DNA of 61,462 nt from an uncultured Gammaproteobacteria bacterium (GTDB lineage Bacteria; Patescibacteriota; Patescibacteriia; UBA9570), in NCBI GenBank assembly GCA_964385285.1, contig CAYLOJ010000007.1, forward strand, positions 1 through 61,462, given 5' to 3'. The notes below the pieces were generated by a model, which saw only the letters and a program-made list of their open reading frames with translations, did not search any database and was not told the origin of the DNA. Below, one piece after another: positions 41,407-52,782 of this stretch (the stretch's first letter is position 1; every line of letters begins with the position of its first letter). The position numbers and the translations under genes were made by a program.

Positions 41407-42426
41407 TTATTTGGCTAGCTTCTTGCCGGCTTGCACAGCCATATCAATCAAGCGATTGGCATAGCCGAATTCGTTATCGTACCAACTGACGACTTTGACT
41501 AAATTACCACCTACAACCATCGTTAACTCTAAATCCACAATGGATGATTCAGGACGACCAACAATATCACGCGATACTACTGGCTCATTGGTCACAGCTA
41601 AGATTCCTTTATAATTGGCAGAGTTAGCTGCATCAGTTAAGGCTTGGTTCACCTCTTCAACGGTGACATCCTTTTTCAAAATCATGGTCATATCAGAAAC
41701 TGATCCAGCTGGAGTAGGCACGCGTAAAGCAAAACCATCAAAGATACCTTGATAACTAGGCATCGTTTTACCAAATGCTTTGGCCGCGCCAGTCGAGGTA
41801 GGAATGATATTGAGGGCAGCTCCACGTGCACGTCGGAGGTCTCCCCCGCGATGTGTGCCATCGACTAGATTTTGATCAGCTGTATAGGAGTGGATGGTAG
41901 TCATCATGGCCTTCTCTACTCCGAAGGAATCCATCATCACTTTCATGACTGGACCGATGCAGTTCGTGGTGCAAGAAGCATTGGAGGAGATGGTATCGTT
42001 ACCGATCTCTTCCTGATTCACCGACATCACGTAAGTACCAATATCTTTATCTTTCGCAGGCGCAGAGATAATCACATGTTTAGCACCGGCCTTCAAATGT
42101 TGACTCGCTAATTCACGAGTTAAGAACATGCCAGTGCATTCGAGTACGATATCGGCCCCAACTTCACCCCATGGAATTTTGGTCGGATCCTTTTCAGAAA
42201 AACGACGATATTTTTTTCCGTCTACCACTAAGTAATCTTCCCCTTCTGTAGTGACGACGTGAGGATATTTTCCGTAGACACTATCGTATTGTAAAAGATG
42301 AGCAGCCATGGCTAAACTTCCCAAACCATTGATGGCCACAACTTCTAATTCAGGGTTGGCTAAAGCGATACGGAAAGCGGCAGCCCCGATGCGACCGAAA
42401 CCATTAATAGCAATACGTGTAGGCAT
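41407..42426 (-). CDS. gap: Glyceraldehyde-3-phosphate dehydrogenase
   Basis: INGFGRIG and SNASCTTNC active-site motifs. Confidence 0.95.
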   Translation of the reverse strand: MPTRIAINGFGRIGAAAFRIALANPELEVVAINGLGSLAMAAHLLQYDSVYGKYPHVVTTEGEDYLVVDGKKYRRFSEKDPTKIPWGEVGADIVLECTGMFLTRELASQHLKAGAKHVIISAPAKDKDIGTYVMSVNQEEIGNDTISSNASCTTNCIGPVMKVMMDSFGVEKAMMTTIHSYTADQNLVDGTHRGGDLRRARGAALNIIPTSTGAAKAFGKTMPSYQGIFDGFALRVPTPAGSVSDMTMILKKDVTVEEVNQALTDAANSANYKGILAVTNEPVVSRDIVGRPESSIVDLELTMVVGGNLVKVVSWYDNEFGYANRLIDMAVQAGKKLAK

Positions 42427-42514
42427 ACGAACTAAGCAATAATTAATGCTAAAAGACCCGATCAGGTTAGCATAGAAACCGGGAAGCGTAAATAACCCTG
42501 ATGGGTTGTTGTGT

Positions 42515-43444
42515 CTAGTAAACGGGTGTCACCCAATGTTTATACTGCGGAATTTTCCCGTAGACAATCTGCCCATAGAGCTGCTGTAGCTGTGTAGCGA
42601 TTGGACCAACTTTGCCATCACCAATCGTAAACTGGTCCACCTGGGTGACCGGGCTGACTCGCGCGCCGGTACCTGTTAATATTACCTCATCTGCAAAGAC
42701 TAATTCAGAGCGATCAATTGAGCGCTCCAACGTTGGAATGCCTTGATCTCGCGCTACTTCTAACAACGTTTTGCGCGTCACTCCTTCCAGAATGTTATCC
42801 GTCACTGGCGGAGTAATTAGTACACCATCACGCACCATAAAAAAGTTTTCCGCACTCCCCTCTACCACGTGCCCATTATGATCCATCACCAAAGCCTCAT
42901 CATAACCGGCCAATAACGCTTCGGTTTTCGCAAATGCCGTATTCACATACGCTCCGTTTAATTTTCCACGCGCTGGAATCGCATTGTCATCCACCCGTCG
43001 CCAACTACTAATTTTACATTTCATTCCGGTGGTGGGAATGTAATCGCCCAATGGGAAAGCAAAGATGGCTAATGCATCGGTGTACCCATTCCATTGCACA
43101 CCAATACTCTCCGCATCGACAAATGCTGAAACGCGTAAGTAAGCATCTTGTTTGATCTGATTCACTTTGAGTAGATCTACTAAGATCTGTGTAAACTTGT
43201 CGGCTGTATAGTTTTGGACAAAATGATTAAACATGCATAATTGGCAAGCATGGCGAAAACGATGGTAGTGTTCCTGTGGTCTGAATAGATACAACTGCTG
43301 CTCATCAGCATTATAATGAGCGCGAATGCCAGTAAAGGCGCCCATGCCATACAAAAAACTGACGTTGGCGATACTAACATTCGCCTGGTTAAAATCGACG
43401 AACTGGTCGCGGAAATAGACTTTGCATGCTTTGAAATCGAACAT
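42515..43444 (-). CDS. ilvE: Branched-chain amino acid aminotransferase
   Basis: Fold-type IV aminotransferase features and operon context. Confidence 0.85.
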   Translation of the reverse strand: MFDFKACKVYFRDQFVDFNQANVSIANVSFLYGMGAFTGIRAHYNADEQQLYLFRPQEHYHRFRHACQLCMFNHFVQNYTADKFTQILVDLLKVNQIKQDAYLRVSAFVDAESIGVQWNGYTDALAIFAFPLGDYIPTTGMKCKISSWRRVDDNAIPARGKLNGAYVNTAFAKTEALLAGYDEALVMDHNGHVVEGSAENFFMVRDGVLITPPVTDNILEGVTRKTLLEVARDQGIPTLERSIDRSELVFADEVILTGTGARVSPVTQVDQFTIGDGKVGPIATQLQQLYGQIVYGKIPQYKHWVTPVY

Positions 43445-43455
43445 AGGATTATAAT

Positions 43456-44529
43456 TTAGCGTGAATGATAATTTAAGATTTGTTCCGTAAACTGCTCCGT
43501 GGATACTAACTTCACCCCTGAGTTTTCTCGATAGAGATCAGCCGTACGATACCCATTAGCGAGAGTTGCTTGAATGGCTTCGCGAATCCAGCTGGCCTCC
43601 GCCGTTAATCCAAACTGCTCACAGAGCAAAGCAGCAGATAAAATAGCAGCGATCGGGTTTGCTAGATGCTTACCAGCAATATCGGGTGCCGAACCATGGA
43701 TTGGTTCAAAGATGCCAATGCCATCCCCTACACTGGCCGAGGCTAACAACCCTAAACTACCACTCAACTGAGCGGCCTCATCGGTGAGGATGTCACCAAA
43801 CATATTTTCTGTCACCACCACATCAAACTGTTTGGGTTGGCGAATGAGTTGCATGGCGGCATTATCGACAAACATATGCGTTACTGTGACATCGGGAAAC
43901 TGCGCAGCTTCGGCCTGTACCACTTCGCGCCATAAGCGCGAACATTCCAACACATTGGCCTTATCAACTGAACACAGTTGTTTACGTCGCCGCTGAGCTG
44001 CTTGGAATGCCATACGCACAATGCGCCGCACTTGAAATTTTGAATAGCGCATTGTATCGATCGCTTCTTCTCCATCTTCGCTCCGGTGGCGAGGTTCACC
44101 AAAATAGATACCACTGATTAATTCACGAAAAAATAAGATATCGACCCCCATTAGTAACTCTGGTTTCAAAGAAGACGCAGCCACTAACTCGGGGTAAATA
44201 CTCACTGGACGGACATTTGCATAGACATCCAACAGTTTGCGTAACTGTAATAATCCTTGCTCCGGGCGGACCTTAGCACTGGGATTTTGATCATATTCTG
44301 GTAAGCCCACTGCACCTAACAATACCGCATCCACCTCGCGGAGTTGCTGCTGAGTGCGTTCTGGTAAGGCGCTGCCAGTGGCTTGAATTGCAGCCGCACC
44401 GATTAAGCCCTGACTAAACTCAAAGGTATGTTGAAATTGTTGGGCGATCAACTCTAACACACGCACTGCTTGTGCGGTCACCTCTGGCCCGATGCCGTCA
44501 CCGGGCAGAACGAGGATGCGCTTGTTCAT
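43456..44529 (-). CDS. leuB: 3-isopropylmalate dehydrogenase
   Basis: [13 protein letters not shown] and NMFGDILTDEA motifs. Start placed at MNKRILVL; it overlaps the leuD 3' end. Confidence 0.9.
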   Translation of the reverse strand: MNKRILVLPGDGIGPEVTAQAVRVLELIAQQFQHTFEFSQGLIGAAAIQATGSALPERTQQQLREVDAVLLGAVGLPEYDQNPSAKVRPEQGLLQLRKLLDVYANVRPVSIYPELVAASSLKPELLMGVDILFFRELISGIYFGEPRHRSEDGEEAIDTMRYSKFQVRRIVRMAFQAAQRRRKQLCSVDKANVLECSRLWREVVQAEAAQFPDVTVTHMFVDNAAMQLIRQPKQFDVVVTENMFGDILTDEAAQLSGSLGLLASASVGDGIGIFEPIHGSAPDIAGKHLANPIAAILSAALLCEQFGLTAEASWIREAIQATLANGYRTADLYRENSGVKLVSTEQFTEQILNYHSR

Positions 44530-45055
44530 ACTGTGTAATGAAATCATTAAATTGCATCGTATAGCCCAGATCGTCTAAACCTGTAACTAACCGCAGTTTA
44601 TTAAATGGGTCGATGTCGAAATGTATTTGTTGATCCGCCCACTGAATGGTTTGTGCAACCAAATCAACGGTAACTGTAGCATCGGCTAGTTGTTCTAGAA
44701 TAGCGGGTGGTAATGCGATCGGCAAGAGATCGTTTTTCATCGCATTATTTTTGAAAATATCGGCAAATGATTCGGCAATAATCACGCGAAACCCGTAATC
44801 GTGCAAGGCCCAAGGCGCATGTTCACGTGAAGATCCACAGCCGAAATTGACTCCGGCTAATAAGATTTGCGCCCCTTGATAGCGCGGTTGATTCAACACA
44901 AAATCTGGTTCTTGTCTCCAATTACTAAAGACGTGCGCACCTAAACCACTTTTGGTTGTCACCTTTAAATATTCCGCAGGAATGATCTGATCCGTATCGA
45001 CATGATCACGCCGTAACGGAACTACGAGTGAAGTAATAGGTTGGTAGGTATTCAT
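44498..45055 (-). CDS. leuD: 3-isopropylmalate dehydratase small subunit
   Basis: [17 protein letters not shown] motif. Confidence 0.9.
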   Translation of the reverse strand: MNTYQPITSLVVPLRRDHVDTDQIIPAEYLKVTTKSGLGAHVFSNWRQEPDFVLNQPRYQGAQILLAGVNFGCGSSREHAPWALHDYGFRVIIAESFADIFKNNAMKNDLLPIALPPAILEQLADATVTVDLVAQTIQWADQQIHFDIDPFNKLRLVTGLDDLGYTMQFNDFITQYEQAHPRSAR

Positions 45056-46395
45056 AGATAGTTACGTACATCAACGATCGTACCGGTAATCGCTGCCGCC
45101 GCTGCCATAGCAGGAGACATTAACAGGGTACGGGAACCCTTCCCTTGTCGACCAATAAAATTGCGATTAGAGGTGGAAGCACAGTACTGTCCGGCGGAGA
45201 CTTGGTCGCCATTCATGGCAATGCACATACTACAACCCGGCTCACGCCACTCACAACCCGCATCCTCAAATAGGTCTCTTAGCCCTTCAGCTTCTGCCTG
45301 ATCTTTTACTTGGTACGATCCAGGCACAACTAGAGTTCTAACTGCTACCGTACGCCCTTTCAGGATCTGAGCTGCCACGCGTAAATCCTCGATACGTGAA
45401 TTTGTGCAACTACCAATAAATACTACCTGAATCGGTTGCCCTTGTAGTGATTGACCGGGTTGCAAACCCATGTAGTCATAGGCGGCGGTCTCATCAGCAT
45501 CTTGCGGTACAGGTAACACCTCATCAATAGCAATAGACATCGCTGGATTCGTGCCCCACGTCACCATCGGTTTCATACTAGCTCCATCGAGGATCACCTC
45601 GGCATCAAATACGGCATCGGCATCGCTCTGCCATCGAGTCCAATCCTGCACCACTCCCCGTTCAGCGAGGTAAGCTGCCGTTGTAGCATCGGCCGCAACC
45701 AAACCGGCCCGCGCACCAGCCTCAATGCTCATATTGCAAATACTCATGCGCCCTTCCATCGACAACGCCTGAATCGCTTCGCCACGATACTCTAAGGTAT
45801 AACCGGTTCCACCACTGACTCCAATCCGGCGAATAATCGCTAAGATTAAATCTTTGGCATAAACGCCCGCTGGGATGCGATGGTTCACGGTAATGGCCAT
45901 CGTTTTTGTTTTAGTCTGCAAGAGACACTGTGTGGCTAGCACATGCTCCACCTCGGAAGTTCCAATACCAAATGCCAGAGCACCAAATGCACCATGCGTA
46001 GAAGTGTGGCTATCCCCACAGACAATTGTCTTGCCGGGTTGCGTGTAACCCAGCTCTGGGCCAATCACATGCACAATGCCACGCTGCCGACTCTCTAAGC
46101 CATACAATTGAATGTGGTGTTGCTGACAATTGGCAATGAGTGTATCAACTTGTTTACGAGCTAAGGCATCTTTCCACGGCTGCTGAATGGATTGCGTGGG
46201 TACAGAGTGATCAATCGTACCGATGGTCAGATCTGGACGTCGCACCGCTAATCCCCGCTTTGCCAATCCGGCAAAGGCTTGGGGCGAAGTAACTTCATGA
46301 ATGAGATGTAAATCAATATACAGTAAAGTTGGAGCGGCTTCAGCTGCATGTACGACATGACTATCCCACAATTTTTCGTACAGTGTTTGTTTCAT
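45052..46395 (-). CDS. leuC: 3-isopropylmalate dehydratase large subunit
   Basis: Aconitase-family Cys ligands ([22 protein letters not shown]). Confidence 0.92.
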   Translation of the reverse strand: MKQTLYEKLWDSHVVHAAEAAPTLLYIDLHLIHEVTSPQAFAGLAKRGLAVRRPDLTIGTIDHSVPTQSIQQPWKDALARKQVDTLIANCQQHHIQLYGLESRQRGIVHVIGPELGYTQPGKTIVCGDSHTSTHGAFGALAFGIGTSEVEHVLATQCLLQTKTKTMAITVNHRIPAGVYAKDLILAIIRRIGVSGGTGYTLEYRGEAIQALSMEGRMSICNMSIEAGARAGLVAADATTAAYLAERGVVQDWTRWQSDADAVFDAEVILDGASMKPMVTWGTNPAMSIAIDEVLPVPQDADETAAYDYMGLQPGQSLQGQPIQVVFIGSCTNSRIEDLRVAAQILKGRTVAVRTLVVPGSYQVKDQAEAEGLRDLFEDAGCEWREPGCSMCIAMNGDQVSAGQYCASTSNRNFIGRQGKGSRTLLMSPAMAAAAAITGTIVDVRNYL

Positions 46396-46396
46396 G

Positions 46397-47551
46397 CTAT
46401 GGTTTGACGATGTTTAATAGATCGGCGTCGTATACCTCTTTCTGTTGATCAGCTACTTGCAAGAATTTCTGATAGATCTGATCAATCTGTTCCGCCGATG
46501 TGACTGTTACACCTAGCTCTTTCAGACGATGACGTAAGGCGGCGCGTCCGGACCGGGCCGTCAGCACAATTTTGGAAGCATCTGCACCAACATCAGCCGG
46601 ATCAATGATCTCATAATTTTCTCTAAACTTCAAAACGCCATCTTGATGAATACCCGAGGAATGCGCAAAGGCATTAGCTCCAACAATGGCCTTATTGGCT
46701 TGAATGGGTAGCCCCATCGTTTCCGAGACGATCCGACTCACCGGAACTAATTCTTTCGTCTGAATGCCCATTGTATATGGATGATCACGGCGCGTCATCA
46801 ACGCCATCACCACCTCTTCCAGAGCTGCGTTACCAGCACGTTCCCCAATGCCATTAATGGTCACTTGGGCCTGGCGAGCACCGGCCCGAATACCAGCTAA
46901 GGTATTCGCGGTCGCTAAACCTAAATCGTTATGACAGTGCACGCTAATAATTACATTTTCAATCCCCCGGACATGATCGACCAAGTACTTAATTTTGTCA
47001 TAAAATTCTTCAGGAAAGCAGTATCCGGTAGTGTCGGGAATATTCACATGAGTGGCACCAGCCGCGATCACTGCTTCAATCATTTGCGCTAGGAATGCAT
47101 TGTCGGCACGCCCCGCATCTTCCGCATAGAATTCAATCTCCTCAATCGATCGTTTGGCATAAGTGACGGCAGCCACACCACGTGCCAAGACCTCTTCACG
47201 GGTAGACTTAAACTTGTATTGAATATGCATATCCGATGCACCAATGCCTGTATGAATACGTGGTCGTTTGGCAAAGCGCAATGCTTGTACAGCGGCATCA
47301 ATATCTTTATTCACAGCTCGCGTCAGCGCGCAGACACCGACATCCCCCACTACTTTTGATACCTCTTCGACTGCTGCAAAATCACCCGGACTTGAGATCG
47401 GAAAACCCGCTTCAATCACATCAACACCTAAGCGAGCAAGGTGCTGTGCTAACATCACCTTTTGTTGTGTCTGCAAGCTAGCGCCAGGCACCTGTTCGCC
47501 ATCGCGCATGGTAGTATCGAAGATATATAATTTGTTCGGCACTGAGGACAT
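46397..47551 (-). CDS. leuA: 2-isopropylmalate/citramalate synthase-like enzyme, short form lacking the C-terminal LeuA regulatory domain
   Basis: [10 protein letters not shown] and [13 protein letters not shown] catalytic motifs. Only 384 aa. Confidence 0.8.
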   Translation of the reverse strand: MSSVPNKLYIFDTTMRDGEQVPGASLQTQQKVMLAQHLARLGVDVIEAGFPISSPGDFAAVEEVSKVVGDVGVCALTRAVNKDIDAAVQALRFAKRPRIHTGIGASDMHIQYKFKSTREEVLARGVAAVTYAKRSIEEIEFYAEDAGRADNAFLAQMIEAVIAAGATHVNIPDTTGYCFPEEFYDKIKYLVDHVRGIENVIISVHCHNDLGLATANTLAGIRAGARQAQVTINGIGERAGNAALEEVVMALMTRRDHPYTMGIQTKELVPVSRIVSETMGLPIQANKAIVGANAFAHSSGIHQDGVLKFRENYEIIDPADVGADASKIVLTARSGRAALRHRLKELGVTVTSAEQIDQIYQKFLQVADQQKEVYDADLLNIVKP

Positions 47552-47565
47552 AAATCATTAATGAT

Positions 47566-47590
47566 ACAAAAACGCTCCCGAGCGGGAGCG
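47566..47590 (-). terminator. Attenuator terminator about 15 nt upstream of leuA
   Basis: CGCUCCC-GCUC-GGGAGCG plus U5. Confidence 0.6.
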
Positions 47591-47619
47591 TAGTTCTTGT
47601 TGTTTAACAATAACCTACA

Positions 47620-47679
47620 CTACCCGCGGTTGAGCGTAAGGAGGTTAAGGCCTAATTGGATTCGAATCGGCTGAATCAT
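47620..47679 (-). CDS. Candidate 19-aa Leu/Ile-rich leader peptide MIQPIRIQLGLNLLTLNRG
   Basis: Hand-translated. It has 5 Leu and 3 Ile codons and lies between ilvN and the terminator. The upstream GCGGG can pair with the CCCGC of the terminator arm. Confidence 0.35.
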   Translation of the reverse strand: MIQPIRIQLGLNLLTLNRG

Positions 47680-47710
47680 TGGCCTACTGTATACCTACCC
47701 TACTAGACTG

Positions 47711-47944
47711 TCAAGCTAGTTCTTCGAGTTGAATGACGGGAACGAGCCGTTCTAATTTGCGCATAGCCACTGCCAAATTGTCGCGTTGATTACGCACATG
47801 CAATGTCATCTGCTCGGTTCCATCCGTCTGATAACTCCGTTGTACCTGGTCAATTTCGATATCGTATTTTCGTAACAAGACGGTTACTCGCGCGAGTAAG
47901 ACGGGCTCTGTCACTGCAGTGATTTGTAACGTGTGTGCTTGCAT
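47711..47944 (-). CDS. ilvN: Acetolactate synthase small (regulatory, ACT) subunit, short form
   Basis: 77-aa ACT-like domain directly after ilvB. Confidence 0.7.
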   Translation of the reverse strand: MQAHTLQITAVTEPVLLARVTVLLRKYDIEIDQVQRSYQTDGTEQMTLHVRNQRDNLAVAMRKLERLVPVIQLEELA

Positions 47945-47955
47945 AAGGACTAAAG

Positions 47956-49665
47956 TTAGTTCTGTAAATCGGCAGCGGATAAGGCCTGATCTTTGAGTGC
48001 TGTATTGGGTGGCACCATTGGAAAGATATTCTGATGTGGGTCAACCTGGAATGCGATCAAGGTTGGTCCGTTCACAGCCCGCGCTGCAGCAATCGCCTCT
48101 TCCATTTCTGCAGGCGTATGGGCTCGCCATGCTGGAATACCAAAGGCGGCTGCTAATGCTACAAAATCCGGATTCTTCAAGTGCACACTCGAATAGTTTT
48201 GGTCATAGAGTAAAGCTTGCCATTGATGGACCATGCCTAAGACACCATCCTCCATAATAGCCATATGCACCGGCACATGGTGCTCTGCCAGGGTTGCTAA
48301 CTCTTGCACGTTCATCATAAAACCACCATCGCCTGAAATGGACCATACCTCACGCTTCGGATTACCAAATGCGGCGCCCATTGCAGCGGGCACACCATAA
48401 CCCATCGAACCTAACCCGCCCGAGGATAAATGGCTATGCGATTGCGCAAAACGATAATACCGAGCTATCCACATCTGATGACGACCCACATCACTGCCAA
48501 TAATTGCTTGCCCCTGCGTTGCGCGTGAGATTGCATCTACCACCTGTGCCTGACTTAAGAACGATCCTGTATATTCTGGTAGCTGCAGAAAATGATATTG
48601 CTCTTTCAAAGCGGTTAGGCGTTCCCACCAGGCAGCATAGTGATGTTCTCCTAAGATGCGGTTGGCCTGCATTAAGCTGACCTTGAGATCCCCTACAACT
48701 GGTACCGCTGTCGGCACAATTTTGCCAACTTCTGACGGATCAATCTCAAAATGTACAAAGGTAGTGTCTTGGATAAATTCTGCAACCCGCCCAGTGATAC
48801 GATCATCAAACCGAGAACCGATACTAATGACCACATTGGCTTCCGCTACTGCATAGTTGGTCGCTGCCTCACCGTGCATACCTAGCATCCCCATCCACAA
48901 GGGATGTGCTTGAGGAAAACAACCCATTCCCAAAATGGTATTCACCACCGGGATCTGATGACGCTCTGCAAAGGCTAATAATTCTGCCTCAGCACCGGCT
49001 AATTCTACTCCGTGCCCAGCAATGATAATTGGTTTGGCATCAGGTTGATCAAGCACTGACTGTATTTTTTCAATGGCGGCATCACTAGCGGCCACACTGA
49101 CACGTTCTGAATAGCCAGGTAACTGCGGCACCGCCGGTAATGTGATCTCTGGCGCCGTCTGCATCCAGACATCTTTTGCAAAATCAATATGCACGGGACC
49201 AGGCCGACCAGTCCGGGCAATGTAAAAGGCAGCCTGCATGACCACCTGCACATCACTAGCTCGATTGACGAAATAGCTATGTTTAACAGCCGGCAGTGTC
49301 ATACCAATCACATCGGTTTCTTGAAATGCATCCGTTCCAATTAAGGCGTCGGTTACTTGGCCAGTAATATAGACAACCGGGACAGAATCCATCATGGAAT
49401 TCTCCATGGCTGTCAATAAATTCGTCGCACCAGGACCAGAGGTACCCAGGGCTACTCCGACTTTACCGGTAGAGCGTGCATAACCGTCTGCAGCGAATCC
49501 ACCACCTTGTTCCTGCTTCGGTAAAATGTGTTTAAAGTGTTTAGCATATTCCGGGCGATTAATATAATCGTAGAGTGGCAATACTACACCACCCGGGATA
49601 CCAAACATGACGTCGACCCCTTCCCGAATTAGAGCTTCACAAAATAGTTCAGCACCAGTTTTCAT
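47956..49665 (-). CDS. ilvB: Acetolactate synthase large subunit
   Basis: ThDP enzyme motifs (GGLGSMGYGVPAA..., SGDGGFMMN). Start at the ATG at 49665, giving an ATGA overlap with the ridA stop. Confidence 0.92.
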   Translation of the reverse strand: MKTGAELFCEALIREGVDVMFGIPGGVVLPLYDYINRPEYAKHFKHILPKQEQGGGFAADGYARSTGKVGVALGTSGPGATNLLTAMENSMMDSVPVVYITGQVTDALIGTDAFQETDVIGMTLPAVKHSYFVNRASDVQVVMQAAFYIARTGRPGPVHIDFAKDVWMQTAPEITLPAVPQLPGYSERVSVAASDAAIEKIQSVLDQPDAKPIIIAGHGVELAGAEAELLAFAERHQIPVVNTILGMGCFPQAHPLWMGMLGMHGEAATNYAVAEANVVISIGSRFDDRITGRVAEFIQDTTFVHFEIDPSEVGKIVPTAVPVVGDLKVSLMQANRILGEHHYAAWWERLTALKEQYHFLQLPEYTGSFLSQAQVVDAISRATQGQAIIGSDVGRHQMWIARYYRFAQSHSHLSSGGLGSMGYGVPAAMGAAFGNPKREVWSISGDGGFMMNVQELATLAEHHVPVHMAIMEDGVLGMVHQWQALLYDQNYSSVHLKNPDFVALAAAFGIPAWRAHTPAEMEEAIAAARAVNGPTLIAFQVDPHQNIFPMVPPNTALKDQALSAADLQN

Positions 49666-50018
49666 AGGGTTGCAATGCATTCAATTTCTACTAAGGCACC
49701 TTTGGGCAGTGCAGCCACCTGAATGGTAGAGCGGGCCGGAAACGGTGCTGGCATCATGGTACTATACACCGCATTCATCGCTGCAAATTGACTAAGATCA
49801 ACCATAAAGACGGTCGTCTTCACTACTTGTTCTAAACTACTACCGGCTGCCTGCAATACCGCTTGCAGCTGCGTGAGTGCTTGCTGCGTTTGTGCCACTA
49901 CATCACTAGCTTCTGGCGCAATTTGGCCAGAACAATATACGGTGCGATCAACGGTGATGGCTTGGTTGTATGGCCCGGCAGCTTCTGGAGCCTCTTTGGT
50001 TGAAATCACTTGTTTCAT
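49662..50018 (-). CDS. ridA: RidA/YjgF family reactive-intermediate deaminase
   Basis: AAGPYNQA...GQI...ARSTIQVAALPKGALVEIE. Confidence 0.85.
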   Translation of the reverse strand: MKQVISTKEAPEAAGPYNQAITVDRTVYCSGQIAPEASDVVAQTQQALTQLQAVLQAAGSSLEQVVKTTVFMVDLSQFAAMNAVYSTMMPAPFPARSTIQVAALPKGALVEIECIATL

Positions 50019-50036
50019 AATCGATCAATCAGTCAT

Positions 50037-51080
50037 TTAGAGATTAGGGCGTAATGAACGTACTACTTTTCCCGCTTGCCACAATTCTGTGTTGGCCATG
50101 TCATCTAATTCTTTCTTCAAATTTGCTTTGTAGTTTGGATCACGATGTGCATCGATGACTCGTTTTACCTCGGTACCATCTAGGACACTCTGGTACAATC
50201 GTTCAAACACTGGCGCAACAGCCTCGCGGAACGCATGACGCCAATCGAGCGCACCACGCTGTGCGGTCATGGAACAATTAGCATACATGTAATCCATCCC
50301 TTTTTCATCCACCAGCGGAACCAAGCTCTGTGTCAGTTCTTCAACGGTTTCATTAAACGCCTCACTTGGACTGTGTCCTTTAGCACGCAACAGTTGATAT
50401 TGCGCTTCAATAATACCCGCCAACGCACCCATCAACACTCCCCGCTCGCCGACGTGATCACTATGTACCTCTTTGGCAAAAGTGGTCTCAAATAAGTAAC
50501 CGGAGCCGATCCCAATACCAAGTGCTAAGGCACGTTGTCGTGCATTGCCGGTAGCATCTTGATGTACCGCATAACTACTGTTAACGCCTGCTCCCTTTAA
50601 AAACAAGTCACGCACTTTTTTTCCTGGCCCCTTTGGTGCCACGAGAATGACATCAATATCTGTGGGCGGTACAACACCGGTTTGCTCGCTATAAATTACG
50701 GAGAAGCCATGTGAAAAATAGAGTGCTTTACCGGCAGTTAATTGTGGTTTAATCTCCGGCCATAAATCCATCTGACCCACATCTGTCAACAAATACATAA
50801 TCACCGTCGCCCGTTTTGCTGCTTCCACAGGGTCCAATAATGTCTCACCTTCTTTCCAGCCATCTTGCTGAGCGCGCTGATACGACGCTCCACCAACACG
50901 CTGCCCAACAATCACCCGCATGCCTTGATCACGTAGATTCATGGCCTGTGCTGCACCTTGAATGCCGTAACCAAGCACCGCGATCGTTTCATTAGCTAAT
51001 ACTGTCCGAGCTTGTTCCGGAGTAAATTCTTGCCGTGTCACGACTGCTTCCTCAATGTTGCCGAATCGATATGTTGCCAT
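50037..51080 (-). CDS. ilvC: Ketol-acid reductoisomerase
   Basis: GYGIQGAAQAMNLRD Rossmann motif and class I KARI length. Confidence 0.92.
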   Translation of the reverse strand: MATYRFGNIEEAVVTRQEFTPEQARTVLANETIAVLGYGIQGAAQAMNLRDQGMRVIVGQRVGGASYQRAQQDGWKEGETLLDPVEAAKRATVIMYLLTDVGQMDLWPEIKPQLTAGKALYFSHGFSVIYSEQTGVVPPTDIDVILVAPKGPGKKVRDLFLKGAGVNSSYAVHQDATGNARQRALALGIGIGSGYLFETTFAKEVHSDHVGERGVLMGALAGIIEAQYQLLRAKGHSPSEAFNETVEELTQSLVPLVDEKGMDYMYANCSMTAQRGALDWRHAFREAVAPVFERLYQSVLDGTEVKRVIDAHRDPNYKANLKKELDDMANTELWQAGKVVRSLRPNL

Positions 51081-51092
51081 AGTAAAGTAGAA

Positions 51093-52748
51093 TTAATTAT
51101 CAAATTGATCGGTGACCGCACCTACCCCTGCCGAGCTTACGGTTTGAATATATTTGCGTAAGACTCCAGCAGGATATTTCGGTTGAGGTTGTTTCCAGGC
51201 TGCGCGACGCGCTGCGAGTTCTGCAGCAGTCAGCTCCACAGATAACGTTTTGGTATCCGCATTAATCACGATCATATCACCATCCTTCAACAAACCAATT
51301 GGCCCACCTACATACGCTTCCGGAGCGACATGTCCAACAACTAATCCATGTGTACCGCCTGAAAAACGACCATCAGTAATTAGAGCGACGGTTTTGCCTA
51401 ACCCCTTCCCTACTAAGGCTGAGGTAACGGCTAACATTTCACGCATTCCCGGGCCACCTTTCGGACCCTCGTTGCGAATCACGATGGTATCACCAGCCAC
51501 AATTTGATCCTGTTCGAGTGCTGCAAATACATCTTCTTCACATTCAAAAACTTTTGCCGGACCACGATGGGAAAAATTGGCGATCCCTTTAATTTTAGCA
51601 ACGGCTCCTTCTGGGGCTAAATTACCATGTAAGATCACAATCGGACCTGCCTTTGTTAAAGGACGATCTAATGGACGCACTACGTCTTGATTCGTCGGAA
51701 GTTCACCAACGGACTGCAGGTTCTCAGCCACTGTTTTACCGGTCACCGTCAGACAATCTCCATGCAGCAAGCCCGCCTGTAACAGATGCTTCATCACCAT
51801 AGGCACGCCACCCACACGGTGCAAATCTACTGTGACATAGGTTCCACCTGGTTTCATATCCGCTAATTGCGGTACACGATCAGAGATACGATCAATATCC
51901 TCCATCGTAAAATCTACGCCAGCCGATTTGGCCATGGCTAACAGATGGAGTACCGCATTGGTTGAACCGCCCAGCGCCATCGCTACGGTCATCGCATTTT
52001 CAAAAGCGGGTTTCGTCATGATATCGCGTGGCCGAATCTGGCGTTCAATCAGATCTAATACCTGTTTACCCGCCGCCTCGCATTCCGCCTGTTTTTCAGC
52101 ACTATCGGCCGGCATCGTGGATCCGTACGGTAGGGCCATTCCCATTGCTTCAATCGCTGCAGACATGGTATTGGCAGTATACATTCCACCACACGATCCT
52201 GGACCAGGACACGCATTGCATTCGACAGCTTTCAGTTGATCATCATTAATTGCATTGGCTTGACGCTGGCCAACGGCTTCAAAAATACTGACAATATCCA
52301 CATCCTTGCCGGCAACTGTCCCTGGGCGAATCGTGCCTCCATAGACAAAAATACTCGGTACATTGGTTCGTGCCAGTGCCATTAAACAACCTGGCATGTT
52401 TTTGTCACAGCCACCAATCGTGACCAAGCCATCAAAACGAATCGCACCCGCTACGGTTTCAATGGAATCTGCGATCACCTCGCGACTGACTAAAGAATAT
52501 TTCATTCCTTCATGCCCCATGGCAATGCCATCACTCACGGTAATTGTTCCAAAAATTTTGCTTACCCCATGAGCAGCTTGCACTCCTGTGGCCACTTGCC
52601 TAGCTTCGACATCAATATGCATATTGCATGGAGTAAACTCACTCCATGTACTAGCAATTCCAACCATTGGTTTGGAAAAATCTGCATCTGTCATTCCGGT
52701 AGCGCGCAGCATCGCACGGTTTGGGGCGCGTTTGTTGCCCTGCGTCAT
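51093..52748 (-). CDS. ilvD: Dihydroxy-acid dehydratase
   Basis: IlvD/Edd motifs (CDKNMPG, SDGRFSGG). Start moved to [19 protein letters not shown], because the track's extension overlaps the upstream gene. Confidence 0.9.
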   Translation of the reverse strand: MTQGNKRAPNRAMLRATGMTDADFSKPMVGIASTWSEFTPCNMHIDVEARQVATGVQAAHGVSKIFGTITVSDGIAMGHEGMKYSLVSREVIADSIETVAGAIRFDGLVTIGGCDKNMPGCLMALARTNVPSIFVYGGTIRPGTVAGKDVDIVSIFEAVGQRQANAINDDQLKAVECNACPGPGSCGGMYTANTMSAAIEAMGMALPYGSTMPADSAEKQAECEAAGKQVLDLIERQIRPRDIMTKPAFENAMTVAMALGGSTNAVLHLLAMAKSAGVDFTMEDIDRISDRVPQLADMKPGGTYVTVDLHRVGGVPMVMKHLLQAGLLHGDCLTVTGKTVAENLQSVGELPTNQDVVRPLDRPLTKAGPIVILHGNLAPEGAVAKIKGIANFSHRGPAKVFECEEDVFAALEQDQIVAGDTIVIRNEGPKGGPGMREMLAVTSALVGKGLGKTVALITDGRFSGGTHGLVVGHVAPEAYVGGPIGLLKDGDMIVINADTKTLSVELTAAELAARRAAWKQPQPKYPAGVLRKYIQTVSSAGVGAVTDQFDN

Positions 52749-52782
52749 CTGGCTACTCCGCTCATTACAACATGCCATAAAT

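Noticed and set aside
47552-47710. T-box riboswitch upstream of leuA
   Set aside because: There is no GGUGGNACCGCG T-box sequence, specifier loop or AG bulge. At 160 nt the region is too short. A leader-peptide attenuator fits better.
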